Part shown: piece by piece, positions 19,016-28,653 of the stretch
How positions within the stretch are numbered: position 1 is the stretch's first letter
Layout of the letters: each line of letters opens with the position of its first letter
Assembly (NCBI GenBank): GCA_965228855.1
Contig: CBDDIJ010000005.1
Coordinates: 1-64,000 of the forward strand
DNA length: 64,000 nt
Direction: 5' to 3'
From: Candidatus Obscuribacterales bacterium
GTDB lineage: Bacteria; Cyanobacteriota; Vampirovibrionia; Obscuribacterales; Obscuribacteraceae
Notes under the pieces: model-generated
Database searches by the model: none
What the model was told of the DNA's origin: nothing
Seen by the model: only the letters and a program-made list of their open reading frames with translations
Made by a program: the position numbers and the translations under genes

Positions 19016-19048
19016 GAAGAAGAAGAAGAAGAAGAAGAAGAAGAAGAA
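19016..19048. repeat. (GAA)11 intergenic microsatellite
   Basis: 11 perfect GAA copies counted directly. Confidence 0.97.
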
Positions 19049-19083
19049 CGTTCGCATTCGAATGTTCCTGGCAGGATTGCCGG

Positions 19084-20664
19084 TCACGATTCTGACTCGA
19101 AGTTCAGACGCGACTTACGATAACCATACATGAAATAAACAGCCGCGCCCAATCCCATCCAGACAACAAATCGAATCCATGTAACAACAGGAAGACTCAT
19201 CATCAGGATAAAGCAGAAGATTATTCCCAGGGCAGGAACGACTGGAACGAAGGGGCACTTAAACGCGCGCTGTTGATCCGGTTCGGTTTTTCTAAGCAAA
19301 ATGACGCCACCACATACGATGATGAAAGCAGCCAGTGTTCCAATATTCGTCAATTCCGCCGCCTGACCGATGTCGATGAACATCGACGCGAGACCGACCA
19401 GAACGCCGGTCATAATTGTCGGAATCAACGGCGTTTTGTACTTCGGGTGCAGAATTGCAAACACTTTCGGCAATAAACCGTCACGCGCCATCGCCATAAA
19501 AATCCTTGGCTGACCTAGCTGAAAAACCAGAAGAACGGAAGTCATTCCGGCAAGAGCACCGATGCTGACTAACCCGTGAGCCCAGGCCTGACCGGTAGAT
19601 GCAAGAGCGGTCGCCACTGGTGCAGCATCGTTCACATATTCTGTGTACGGCATGATTCCGGTCAAGACGAGGGAAACGCCGGCGTATAGAATAGTGCAAA
19701 TTATCAAACTGCCAATCATTCCGATCGGCATATCACGCTGCGGGTTCTTGGTCTCTTCGGCTGTAGAACTGACGGCGTCGAATCCGATGAAACTGAAAAA
19801 CACGATTGCGGCACCGCCCATGATACCTGCTAAACCGCTGGGTGCAAATGGCACCCAATTTTCAGGTTTAACGAAACCGGCCCCGTAGCCGATTACGAAC
19901 AAAACGACCGCCACTTTGATAAAAACAGCGATTGTGTTCGCCATTGCGCTTTCCTGAATGCCAATGACGAGAATCCAGGTGACAAGAGCGACGATGACGA
20001 ACGCGGGCACATTCATCGCGAATTCGTGACCGAACATCAAGGGCAGATCGGTACTCGAGTAGAACGACCACTGCGGACTGTCCGCAGGCAGGGTCTGTAG
20101 CCTGGTGAGCGCAGTGCCGGTGTCGGCAGTCAACCACAGGGGCAACTTAATGCCAAAAATTCCGTGAGCAAAGTGCAAAAAGTGGTCGGACCAACTTACA
20201 GCGACGGCGATGTTACCAACCGCGTACTCCAGCATCAGATCCCAGCCGATGATCCAGGCAATCAGCTCACCCAGAGAGGCATAAGCGAAGGTGTAGGCGG
20301 ACCCCGATACTGGTATCATCGCTGCCAGTTCCGCATAACATAGCGCGGCGAAACCGCAGGCAATTGCCGCGATAATGAAGGATATAACGATAGCAGGACC
20401 AGCTCCTTCGCGCCCCATATCGGCGCCCAGGATGAAGTTGACTACAGGCGTCTCCAACCATCCGCGCGCTGCAGCGACGCCACTGCCTGCGGCGGCAGTT
20501 CCTGTAAGCGCAAAGATTCCAGATCCTATGGTCGCGCCCACACCGAATGCAATCAAGTCTTTGGCAGAAAGCGTTTTTTTCATCTGCCGGTCAGGTTCAT
20601 AAGCCTCATCAATTAAGAGTCTTGGAGGTTTAGTCCTGAACAGCTTAGCGGTGAAATCTTTCAT
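19084..20664 (-). CDS. Amino acid permease (APC superfamily, cationic amino acid transporter-like)
   Basis: GATIGSGIF, AGPA, CYAELAAMIPVSGSAY, FIGFDAVS, EETKNPQR; many TM helices. Confidence 0.96.
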   Translation of the reverse strand: MKDFTAKLFRTKPPRLLIDEAYEPDRQMKKTLSAKDLIAFGVGATIGSGIFALTGTAAAGSGVAAARGWLETPVVNFILGADMGREGAGPAIVISFIIAAIACGFAALCYAELAAMIPVSGSAYTFAYASLGELIAWIIGWDLMLEYAVGNIAVAVSWSDHFLHFAHGIFGIKLPLWLTADTGTALTRLQTLPADSPQWSFYSSTDLPLMFGHEFAMNVPAFVIVALVTWILVIGIQESAMANTIAVFIKVAVVLFVIGYGAGFVKPENWVPFAPSGLAGIMGGAAIVFFSFIGFDAVSSTAEETKNPQRDMPIGMIGSLIICTILYAGVSLVLTGIMPYTEYVNDAAPVATALASTGQAWAHGLVSIGALAGMTSVLLVFQLGQPRIFMAMARDGLLPKVFAILHPKYKTPLIPTIMTGVLVGLASMFIDIGQAAELTNIGTLAAFIIVCGGVILLRKTEPDQQRAFKCPFVPVVPALGIIFCFILMMSLPVVTWIRFVVWMGLGAAVYFMYGYRKSRLNFESES

Positions 20665-20681
20665 TTACTCCTCGGGTCACA

Positions 20682-23600
20682 TCAGTGAGAGGGAAGTCTC
20701 AGCGTTTTGGTTACCTTGTTTCCTGCGCGGTCAGAGATTTCAATCTCGACTTTGTGAGCGCCTTTTTTTACGGGGACACCACTAGCCAGACAGTGGACAT
20801 CACGCTTGTCAGCCAGACCATCTACGACTTCAAACGCCCGGGGTTCTTCGGAATCGACCTGGAACGTGGCATTTGCAATCGGAGAGATGCTGTCCTTCGC
20901 AATCACATCCAGTGTCAATTTCAAATCAGGGGAAACCGCGGCTTTCGCCTGTGCAATTACGGGCTTCTCAGTATCTATAACTATGTAGCGATAGCACTGA
21001 ATTTCCTCTGGCTGCACCATATTCGATGGCGCATCCGAAAGGGTGAATCTGAAAATATAGTGACCGTTTTTAAAAGAGCCAGCGGCGAGCGGCCAAACAA
21101 ACTTATCGGGTTGCTCAGCTTCACTGGCCTTTCTCGTCTTACTTTGACCGCGTACCACTGAGCTCGGCACAGGCTTTCTGGCAGCTCGGACTTCCGGCTT
21201 CTTAGGCTCAGCTTTTTTCAAACCTCCGGTTCCCGGTCTAGCAGGAGCATTTTTTTCGCCAGGTTTTCTCTTTTCGTCAAGACGTTCAAACTCAGTTGGC
21301 ACCGTATTCGGTGCGCTCTCGTCTCGTTTACGGCGCATGAAACGCTCATGACTGGACGCAGGATCTTCACCAGGAACGGGATCAGGGTTAGGATTGGGTA
21401 TAGGAGTCGAGGATGAGTTCGAGTCATCACCAGTCACGCCGTCGTCGGAATCCTTCGACTCATCATCTGACTCTGACTGGGCATCGCCCGAATCTTTTGC
21501 AGGCGCCACCGTTTTATCACTTCCACTACCGTTCTCGCCAGGACTAGTCCCTGCAGCCTGCCTGTTTCGCTCACCGGCTTCGCCGCTTTTATCGCCCCCA
21601 TCTCCGGCAGCAGGATTCGCCTTCTGCTTGTCGTCCTTTTTCTCGTCGTCCTTCTTCTCGCCCTTCGAGTCTTTCTTCAAAGTGCGTTCAGCCCGCAAAT
21701 CACTCTTGAGCGATTTCCAGTTTTCACCATTGTCGCTTGAGACATCGATCGAGAGGCTCAAGCTGTCGCCGTCCGGGTCGGTCCCCACGATGGCTACCTC
21801 CTCAGTGTCGTTGATGTATGAACCGGCACGAAGTGAAACTGTGGAGAAACGCGGTCGAATGTTGGTCGGCAAATATGTAACTGTCACACGCCCAAGCACG
21901 GACTCCCTGCCCTCAGGAAAGACCTTGCGGTCAGAAACTTTTGGTGATGCTGCAACCCACTTCAATCGATACTGGAAGTATCTACCGTTTGCAGATTTGA
22001 CCTGGTAACCTTCGGTGGTTAGCGGAGCCGAGGCCCATCCACTCCAGGTCGAGTCCGGGCGAACGGTTTCGCCGGTTCGCGTCTCAACCGCCACGCATCT
22101 CTCCAGGTCGGCGCTTATCTCGTTGAACGAACCGTAAACCCGGAGCAGTGACCAGCGAGCTTCGCGCCCGGCGTCTTTCACCGGAGACGTGTAGGCGGCG
22201 GTATCAGGTTTTACACTGAAGCTGAAAACAGACGGAAGGTTGCTCGTGACCGCAAATAGATGGTTGTTGTTATCGGAACACAAAGCAACAACAGCTTCCT
22301 GTTCAGTGTGTTTGACGGGAACGAAAAACGACTGCCTGGTCAGTGGTTCCTCTTGAATTTGAGTGATATCACCCTCGGCATCACCGGCAAAGATCGAATC
22401 TGTTTCCGGATGATAGTACAGGGTGAAGAAAGCCTCACTGGTAGCCAGTTCAAACGTCTCGCCTGAAGGAGAAATTCGAATCAAACGTCCGGGGCCGGCT
22501 GTCGTTATAAAAGTATCGCCGCTCTTAGAACGGCACACACCGGTTACGAGATGGTCATCACTGTGAAATTCGGCTCTCAGCTTACCGTCTTTACCGACGC
22601 TATAGACATTCCCCTGCTCGCCGCTTCCAATGTAGAGGCGGTCGTTCCTGTTGTCGAAGAACAGGGAAAGAACATGAGCGTCGCCGGTATCGATCAGCAG
22701 GCTGGCAGCACCACCAGCGCTGAGTTTGTAAACCTTGCCGGAATCGGCGACACCGGCATACAAATTGTCTTGAGAGTCCACTGTCAGGCATGTGACCAGG
22801 GGTTCATTCAAGCTAGCCACCGTCGTCAACTTAGAACCGGTAGTTGAGTTTGGATCGAAAGAAACGATTCTGCCACCAGGCGCCACTGCCGCGTACAGAC
22901 GTCCTTTCGAGTCTGCCGCGATTGCCGGAATAGCTGCACTGCTATCGACTTTCACAAGTTCTTCGACTTGTGTCGCCCCCGGATTCCAACGATAAATCTT
23001 GTTGGTAGAGCCAATATATACGGCGCCTTTAGACCAGACCGCAGACCACGCTCTCAGCGTAGGAAGAGCAGTTGCAGAGTCTTCTTTAAACCCCGGGAAC
23101 ATACGGCCCCAACTGTCGATGATGATACCGTCTTTGGTGCCCCCCTTATAGGATATGTCGTCGGTTTGGCTCCATACTTGCACAGGTCTTATGTGGGTAT
23201 CATCGCTGCTCGATGACCAGAGAGAGAGGCTTGCAGACTGTTTAGACGCGTCGGAGCTCGAGGCGGCGCCGGCATCGGTTTTCGCTTTTGCGTCGCCTTT
23301 GTGCAGAGCGTCAATCGCCTTCTGAGCTTGCAAGGTGACGTAGGCACCCATCGAGGCTTTACCTGAGCCACCAGGGGAGGCAGTGTAGCTGGGCGCGACC
23401 TCGAGGAAGGGATCCGGTCGCTTCACTGTGACGGCGAGGATGTGGGTTCCTTCAACCAAAGATGCCAACTCTTTACTGATGCGGCGTTCTCCATTTACCA
23501 GAGACGGACCGTGTGTGTATCGATTGGAGAAAAACAGTTTTGTCCAGTGCCCCGGAGGACTCTCTATCACCTCACCATCGACATGTATCGCCTGATTCGG

Positions 23601-25334
23601 CAGCGCAAGGACGGCGAACAAGCGGTCTCCGCGAGGGCGGTCCTGTATCCGTTTGATAATTTGTTCGAGACTGGTTGTGGGCGGGTCGATCAGATTCATT
23701 CGTTTGCGCAAATCGTCAAGCTGGGAGCCGCCGCTGACACCAATTACGATATCACCGTCAGGCACGCTGCGCGGGATGGTCACGTCAATCGACTCTGTAT
23801 AAGGTTCTCCATCATACGGTTCCAACAAACAGTTGAGTTTGACCTTTTCGCCCGGTCGCACAACCGAGCGGTCCGTGGAGACACGCACTATTCTGGTGAG
23901 ATCGCGCCCCGCTTCCAGATTGATTTTGAGTTTGACAGACTTCAGATGGACCTTCTTGTAGCGGTTACCGAGGATACGCGATGCAATAGAATGGACGCTT
24001 CCTGAAACCGGGTCTGCGAAGAATGGGCGAAACAACGATGCTGAAATTCCTGACCCTGAGCCATTCGTCAAACAATCGGACCTATTAATAACCGAACCGT
24101 TGTCGATCTCGACGTTGGTCTCGACACGTGCGACGTAGGGAGCGTTAGACTGATAAGTGGCGTCAACAGCCGACATAGCACATGCAGCGACGAGCTCCGG
24201 AGTGAGGTCCTCGTGGTCTATCACCTTAGAGGAGAAAGTTTTCCGCACATGCCTCTCGTTGTCGGTGACCTCGATGGAGACGGGCAACATTTTTGCGGTA
24301 TTGCCAACTTGGCCTCCCACTGACCAGGGGCGGTCGGAATACAGAGTTCCCAGAACTTGTATCGGCGCGGACAATTTAAACGAAATAGAAAGACTGGGAA
24401 GCACGTCGAGGATATAGGCGGAGGTCATGGGAAAATCGACGAGACCTGCCTCAACGAAAGGATGCCCGAACCCGACCACTCGTCCGCCGAAGTTAGCGGT
24501 CACAGTTCCGGTGGATGCCGACTCGAAGTCCCCGGTCGTCAGCATCACGCCCATGGCGCTGCCGGGTTTGAGTGCATTTGCCTCTTTGAGTTCATCGGCC
24601 GGGATATTCGAGTCCAATGCACCACCGGCGCCATCACTCACGGATAAACCAACCGGTTCAAACCGCTTGCGCAGGAACTCTTGTGCTCGGCTCGAAAATC
24701 CACTCAAGGAAACGGGAGACATCAACGGCACCATTCGCGGTGCATTAGCTCCGGCAAGCATTCGTCTGAATTTGCTCAATTCAGGCGTCGGTGCCGATAC
24801 CGCCGACGGTGTCAATGCAATGGCACGTTTCGTCGGCAAATGTGAACCGATTTTAGGCAACTGATGTGGTTTTGCCATGGCATCCAGCATGTCTACAATC
24901 GGAGTCACGCCGGCGATAGGTTCCGTAGAAAAATCAAATCCGTATGAAACGGCACCAATCAGTTTGTCATTTATGTAAACAGGACTTCCGGACATTCCGC
25001 GAATGACGTTGTTTTTCCCCATCGCAGGTCCGGAGAGGCGCACCAGAATTGCGTCTTTACCATTATTGACGCGCTTCATGACACCGATTACTCGCACATC
25101 GAAGCGTTCGATTTTTGTGCCTTTGAAAACACTCAATCCGTAGCCTTCCATGCCGGGTCGAACTTCGGAAACCCGCATAAAGCTGCCTGGTTTCAAAAAT
25201 TGTTCAACGAATTGATTGTCATCAGTATTATAGTAATCGCCGCCAGATAACTGCGAAGAATCGCTTGCGGCCAGCATTGGATTGACGGATGCGCCAAACA
25301 GCAACAAAGCTAAAACAAGGATTAGAATCCGCAC
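20682..25334 (-). CDS. Secreted SpoIVB-type peptidase S55 domain protein fused to beta-propeller and C-terminal beta domains
   Basis: GMSGSPVY, LIGAVSYG, GFGHPF; propeller-like repeats from about aa 800; ORF open to 25490, start placed at GTG 25334 before the signal-like segment (uncertain). Confidence 0.88.
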   Translation of the reverse strand: MRILILVLALLLFGASVNPMLAASDSSQLSGGDYYNTDDNQFVEQFLKPGSFMRVSEVRPGMEGYGLSVFKGTKIERFDVRVIGVMKRVNNGKDAILVRLSGPAMGKNNVIRGMSGSPVYINDKLIGAVSYGFDFSTEPIAGVTPIVDMLDAMAKPHQLPKIGSHLPTKRAIALTPSAVSAPTPELSKFRRMLAGANAPRMVPLMSPVSLSGFSSRAQEFLRKRFEPVGLSVSDGAGGALDSNIPADELKEANALKPGSAMGVMLTTGDFESASTGTVTANFGGRVVGFGHPFVEAGLVDFPMTSAYILDVLPSLSISFKLSAPIQVLGTLYSDRPWSVGGQVGNTAKMLPVSIEVTDNERHVRKTFSSKVIDHEDLTPELVAACAMSAVDATYQSNAPYVARVETNVEIDNGSVINRSDCLTNGSGSGISASLFRPFFADPVSGSVHSIASRILGNRYKKVHLKSVKLKINLEAGRDLTRIVRVSTDRSVVRPGEKVKLNCLLEPYDGEPYTESIDVTIPRSVPDGDIVIGVSGGSQLDDLRKRMNLIDPPTTSLEQIIKRIQDRPRGDRLFAVLALPNQAIHVDGEVIESPPGHWTKLFFSNRYTHGPSLVNGERRISKELASLVEGTHILAVTVKRPDPFLEVAPSYTASPGGSGKASMGAYVTLQAQKAIDALHKGDAKAKTDAGAASSSDASKQSASLSLWSSSSDDTHIRPVQVWSQTDDISYKGGTKDGIIIDSWGRMFPGFKEDSATALPTLRAWSAVWSKGAVYIGSTNKIYRWNPGATQVEELVKVDSSAAIPAIAADSKGRLYAAVAPGGRIVSFDPNSTTGSKLTTVASLNEPLVTCLTVDSQDNLYAGVADSGKVYKLSAGGAASLLIDTGDAHVLSLFFDNRNDRLYIGSGEQGNVYSVGKDGKLRAEFHSDDHLVTGVCRSKSGDTFITTAGPGRLIRISPSGETFELATSEAFFTLYYHPETDSIFAGDAEGDITQIQEEPLTRQSFFVPVKHTEQEAVVALCSDNNNHLFAVTSNLPSVFSFSVKPDTAAYTSPVKDAGREARWSLLRVYGSFNEISADLERCVAVETRTGETVRPDSTWSGWASAPLTTEGYQVKSANGRYFQYRLKWVAASPKVSDRKVFPEGRESVLGRVTVTYLPTNIRPRFSTVSLRAGSYINDTEEVAIVGTDPDGDSLSLSIDVSSDNGENWKSLKSDLRAERTLKKDSKGEKKDDEKKDDKQKANPAAGDGGDKSGEAGERNRQAAGTSPGENGSGSDKTVAPAKDSGDAQSESDDESKDSDDGVTGDDSNSSSTPIPNPNPDPVPGEDPASSHERFMRRKRDESAPNTVPTEFERLDEKRKPGEKNAPARPGTGGLKKAEPKKPEVRAARKPVPSSVVRGQSKTRKASEAEQPDKFVWPLAAGSFKNGHYIFRFTLSDAPSNMVQPEEIQCYRYIVIDTEKPVIAQAKAAVSPDLKLTLDVIAKDSISPIANATFQVDSEEPRAFEVVDGLADKRDVHCLASGVPVKKGAHKVEIEISDRAGNKVTKTLRLPSH

Positions 25335-25521
25335 AACCAGCAGATACCCGATGAAAAAAGATTTCCGAAAACTACTCTCGTTGCGCAAAAACAGGCAAGA
25401 GCAAGCGCGAGCGGTTTTCAACCGTAGTAGGGTACACATCCTATCAGAGATGCCTTTCAAGGGAAAGCGCCCTATATTTGATAAAATCATCGACGATTCT
25501 CAGTTCAACGGTGATTGGTTT

Positions 25522-26259
25522 ATGCAATTCAAGAGACGAAAATTGTTGCCAGCTTCAGCGATCGCGACAGTGGTTGCAGCGCTCGCGTTACCCCAGCAAG
25601 CGTTGGCGCAAGGCTCGCCTCTTCCCGGCTCTCCGATGCCCGGAGAAAACAGTGGTTACGGTTCGCCGGCCAGTTATGACGCAGCGCCCGTTCCCGGCGG
25701 TTACAGACCGGCCACGGGCTCTGTAGGCCAAACAGCAGGCGGTAGCCACCAGGTCCCGGGCGGTCTGTCAAACCAGGCTGGTGGTCAACAGCACCAGGGT
25801 GCCGCGAACGCATCGAGTATCTACCACAGCCTCCCGCTAAATGCTGAAGAAGCGCGCATAAGGCTCGAAGACTTGAGCAATCGTCTGGCTGTTTCAAGAC
25901 CGGACGATGTCAAAGACAGCATATATGCCCTCTCAGACTGGCTTCAGGATGTTGCCGACGCCCACTGGCGAATGTATAAAGCATTTGAAAAGGTTGATAG
26001 CGCGAAGGCTCAAGCCAACAAAGAGAAGGAAATCGGACTGCGTTTTTCCTCATTGAAGAACCGCGCGAAGCTTCTCAAAGCAGACCTGTTGATTAAACAA
26101 AATCGCTATCCCGAGGCGCTCGGCCCGCTCGTCGAAATCGTTACAGCGGAGCCGACGAGCGCGACCGGACAGGATGCCTACAAAAGGCTCGTCGATATGG
26201 GCTTCTCAGAGCAAGTAGCTCATGTCGAACTGGCCGATAAGGCCACCGGCAAGAAATAG
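25522..26259 (+). CDS. Secreted helical (TPR-like) hypothetical protein
   Basis: Signal peptide (..QQALA), low-complexity linker, helical C-terminus; start at ATG 25522. Confidence 0.8.
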   Translation: MQFKRRKLLPASAIATVVAALALPQQALAQGSPLPGSPMPGENSGYGSPASYDAAPVPGGYRPATGSVGQTAGGSHQVPGGLSNQAGGQQHQGAANASSIYHSLPLNAEEARIRLEDLSNRLAVSRPDDVKDSIYALSDWLQDVADAHWRMYKAFEKVDSAKAQANKEKEIGLRFSSLKNRAKLLKADLLIKQNRYPEALGPLVEIVTAEPTSATGQDAYKRLVDMGFSEQVAHVELADKATGKK

Positions 26260-26441
26260 GGAGCCTCAGCGCAAAAATAATCTCAATATCAGTCCCATTC
26301 TTTGATCTCCGGGTTAAACATGGTTGTGTCTCTGCCAAAAAGGGGCTTAAATAATTAGAACGGTTTAAAATGACATCTAACCGTCCTGAACATCCAGCCA
26401 TGCGGCTCTTTCAGCAGAGCGCGAACAGGAGAGAACTGATA

Positions 26442-27152
26442 ATGAATAATCCACGCGGACGTGGCGCCCTTTCGATGCTCGTAGCGCTGACCTGTCTGAC
26501 GTTTACGCAATCGGCAAATGCGCAGGAGAAGAAACCGTTCCAGCTCGGCGTCGAAGAGAGAGGCTACATTCAAGAACCCAGCGGAAATATGAGCGAGCAA
26601 TATCCCTCTCCGCGGTTTGTTGAAACTCCAACTTACAGCGGCAACGTCCAAAAGAAGAAAGATAAACCTGCACCGAAGAAAAAGCCACCCGCGCTGCAGA
26701 GCGGCGTCACAGACAACGCTCCGCCGCGTCAAGTCATCCAGGCGGGCGTCCGGCAGGATCAAGTCCTACCGCAAGGTTTCATGGGCGCATGGCTGGTAAG
26801 TGGACTTCGAAAAGGTATCAAGGCGCAACCACAGTTCCAGGCAGCGATTCCAACGATTTTCCAGGAACAGACACAAGACGTCTGGACAATCACAGGCAGC
26901 CCGGGTGGCTACGCTTTCTCCAACAACCAGGGCGTCAAGAGCGCGATTTACGTAGACAAAGTCGAGAACGGAACGGCGTTCATTCGCTACCAGCATCCAA
27001 TTAAGAACACCATGGCGAAAGAGGCGATCGTCATGCAAATGGTGCCGGGCGGCATGCAATTCAACGGACTCGAACGCATATCTATCGTAAAACAGGGCGA
27101 ACCCGGACCAAGAGCTGAAGTCACATACGAACTCATGGGTCGCCGACGATAG
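26442..27152 (+). CDS. Secreted hypothetical protein (beta-rich C-terminal domain)
   Basis: AGGAG RBS before ATG 26442, signal peptide ending SANA. Confidence 0.82.
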   Translation: MNNPRGRGALSMLVALTCLTFTQSANAQEKKPFQLGVEERGYIQEPSGNMSEQYPSPRFVETPTYSGNVQKKKDKPAPKKKPPALQSGVTDNAPPRQVIQAGVRQDQVLPQGFMGAWLVSGLRKGIKAQPQFQAAIPTIFQEQTQDVWTITGSPGGYAFSNNQGVKSAIYVDKVENGTAFIRYQHPIKNTMAKEAIVMQMVPGGMQFNGLERISIVKQGEPGPRAEVTYELMGRRR

Positions 27153-27181
27153 AAGTTTCCATCCTAGTAAACCGAGCTCAG

Positions 27182-27227
27182 GGCGTAAGGCATAAGGCGT
27201 AGGCGTAAGACGTAAGACGTAAGACGA
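27182..27227. repeat. Imperfect 7-bp tandem repeat (G[GA]CGTAA), about 6 copies
   Basis: ggcgtaa ggcataa ggcgta ggcgtaa gacgtaa gacgtaa gacga read directly. Confidence 0.85.
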
Positions 27228-27450
27228 ACGCGCGACTCGGGGGCCCTCCTGGGGTCTTTCTCACCCCTTAGGGTCGCTTCCCCTATTAGGGGAAACATTT
27301 TGCTGGCTTTCCAGGCTCAAAAAGTGACTAAAAAACCCGAAAGCTTTGCTGGAAGACATCTTTCGGCATATCCCCTGATAGGGGAACCGACCGTAAGAGG
27401 TGCGAGACAGATCTGGCAGGGGAGACCTCGCGGTACACGTTCCGAAAATC

Positions 27451-27602
27451 GTCGTTGGCGGACAGCTCCTTGGTCGCAATGGGACACCGCGTCGGTCGCT
27501 GGCGGACAGCTCGTTGGTCGCCTTGGGACACCGCGTTGGTCGCTAACGGACAGCTCGCTGGTCGCCATGGGACACCGCGTTGGTCGCTAACGGGACACCG
27601 CC
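27451..27602. repeat. Non-coding tandem array of 22-bp units alternating A/B (44-bp higher-order period), 6 full units plus 1 partial
   Basis: Units start at 27451, 27473, 27495, 27517, 27539, 27561, 27583; A = GTCG.T..CGGACAGCTC..TG, B = GTCGC..TGGGACACCGCGT.G. Confidence 0.95.
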
Positions 27603-27700
27603 TTCGCTGACCTCATTCATTTCTCATTAACCAAACATGCTCTGTGACTCGAATTCGGCTATCATCTAGCTCGGTAACCTAATTTTTTGTGAGACAGGGC

Positions 27701-28576
27701 ATGCGGCAACGTCATAAGGGTCGTTTTTCAAAGCGATTATTCACCTCAGTTTTTCTAATTCCGGCTTTGGCACTGGGAGCTGTGTTTATTGAAACATCCG
27801 CAGCAAGCGCGAAAGACGACGAATTGAATAACGATAATCGAGCCGGCGATCAATATTCAGATCCGGCACTGAGACCGGCAATCTTGCCACCTCCGGAGAA
27901 AAAACTTCCTGACTCCGCAGAAGAGGTGCAGCTGCGCAACAATGACGGCATCAATGCAGATAGTGCGCCAGTTTTGAAGGGTAACGCGGATGCATCAGCG
28001 ATTTCGGCATCCGCCCAACTCATGACAATCAACCCATTGAGCCGATATAAAGGTGACAGCCTGGTTTTCTATCGCGTTCAAATCAAGAATAGTGGACCGA
28101 CTCCGGTCGTCGTCCTGGGACGCGACGCTCAAGTTACAGGCAGTGCTGATTCCGGAAGGACAGTAGCTGCAGGTGTGTTAGAAAAGCACGACAATACACT
28201 GTTGACGAAGAAGCAAACTGCGGCTGTATACGGCGTCGGCGTCGGTAGTGCCGGCCTTGCAAGCATACTGTTTTATGAACATATGACACCAACCGAGCAT
28301 AAGAAACGCGATTTGGGCTTGGCACTTGGTCGCGACCGCGGTCGTCACGAAGTGGAATCGGAGAACCTCGGTACGAGATTGATCATGCCCGGCGATGAAA
28401 CGCTTGGCTGGTTGGCTTTCGACAGCACCGTTGCCACTCCTGATAGAAGCTCGCTCGGTGTTCCAATAATGTTTCCACCATATAGCGCCGTGGCTGCAAC
28501 TCTTCGCATACCGGTCACGGGCACTACGACGGACTGCGCCGCTCCGTCTAGTGACAACTCTCCTACGAAGCAATAG
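27701..28576 (+). CDS. Secreted hypothetical protein
   Basis: Signal peptide (..SAASA), beta-sandwich-like region with internal hydrophobic segment; start GTG 27689 or ATG 27701. Confidence 0.8.
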   Translation: MRQRHKGRFSKRLFTSVFLIPALALGAVFIETSAASAKDDELNNDNRAGDQYSDPALRPAILPPPEKKLPDSAEEVQLRNNDGINADSAPVLKGNADASAISASAQLMTINPLSRYKGDSLVFYRVQIKNSGPTPVVVLGRDAQVTGSADSGRTVAAGVLEKHDNTLLTKKQTAAVYGVGVGSAGLASILFYEHMTPTEHKKRDLGLALGRDRGRHEVESENLGTRLIMPGDETLGWLAFDSTVATPDRSSLGVPIMFPPYSAVAATLRIPVTGTTTDCAAPSSDNSPTKQ

Positions 28577-28653
28577 GTAGTTCAGAGTCATATTTTCAAC
28601 TGTCGCAATACGAGTTTGCTACAATTTGGAGCCGTTTAGTTTCTACTGCAATT

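Noticed and set aside
27261..27590. Short ORFs across the repeat island
   Set aside because: The 22/44-bp period breaks codon phase, there is no RBS and no protein-like pattern; probably chance ORFs
27451..27602. CRISPR or TIGR-type guide array
   Set aside because: Units are contiguous with only 2-4 variable bases, there are no unique spacers, and no cas or tas-like gene is in the window
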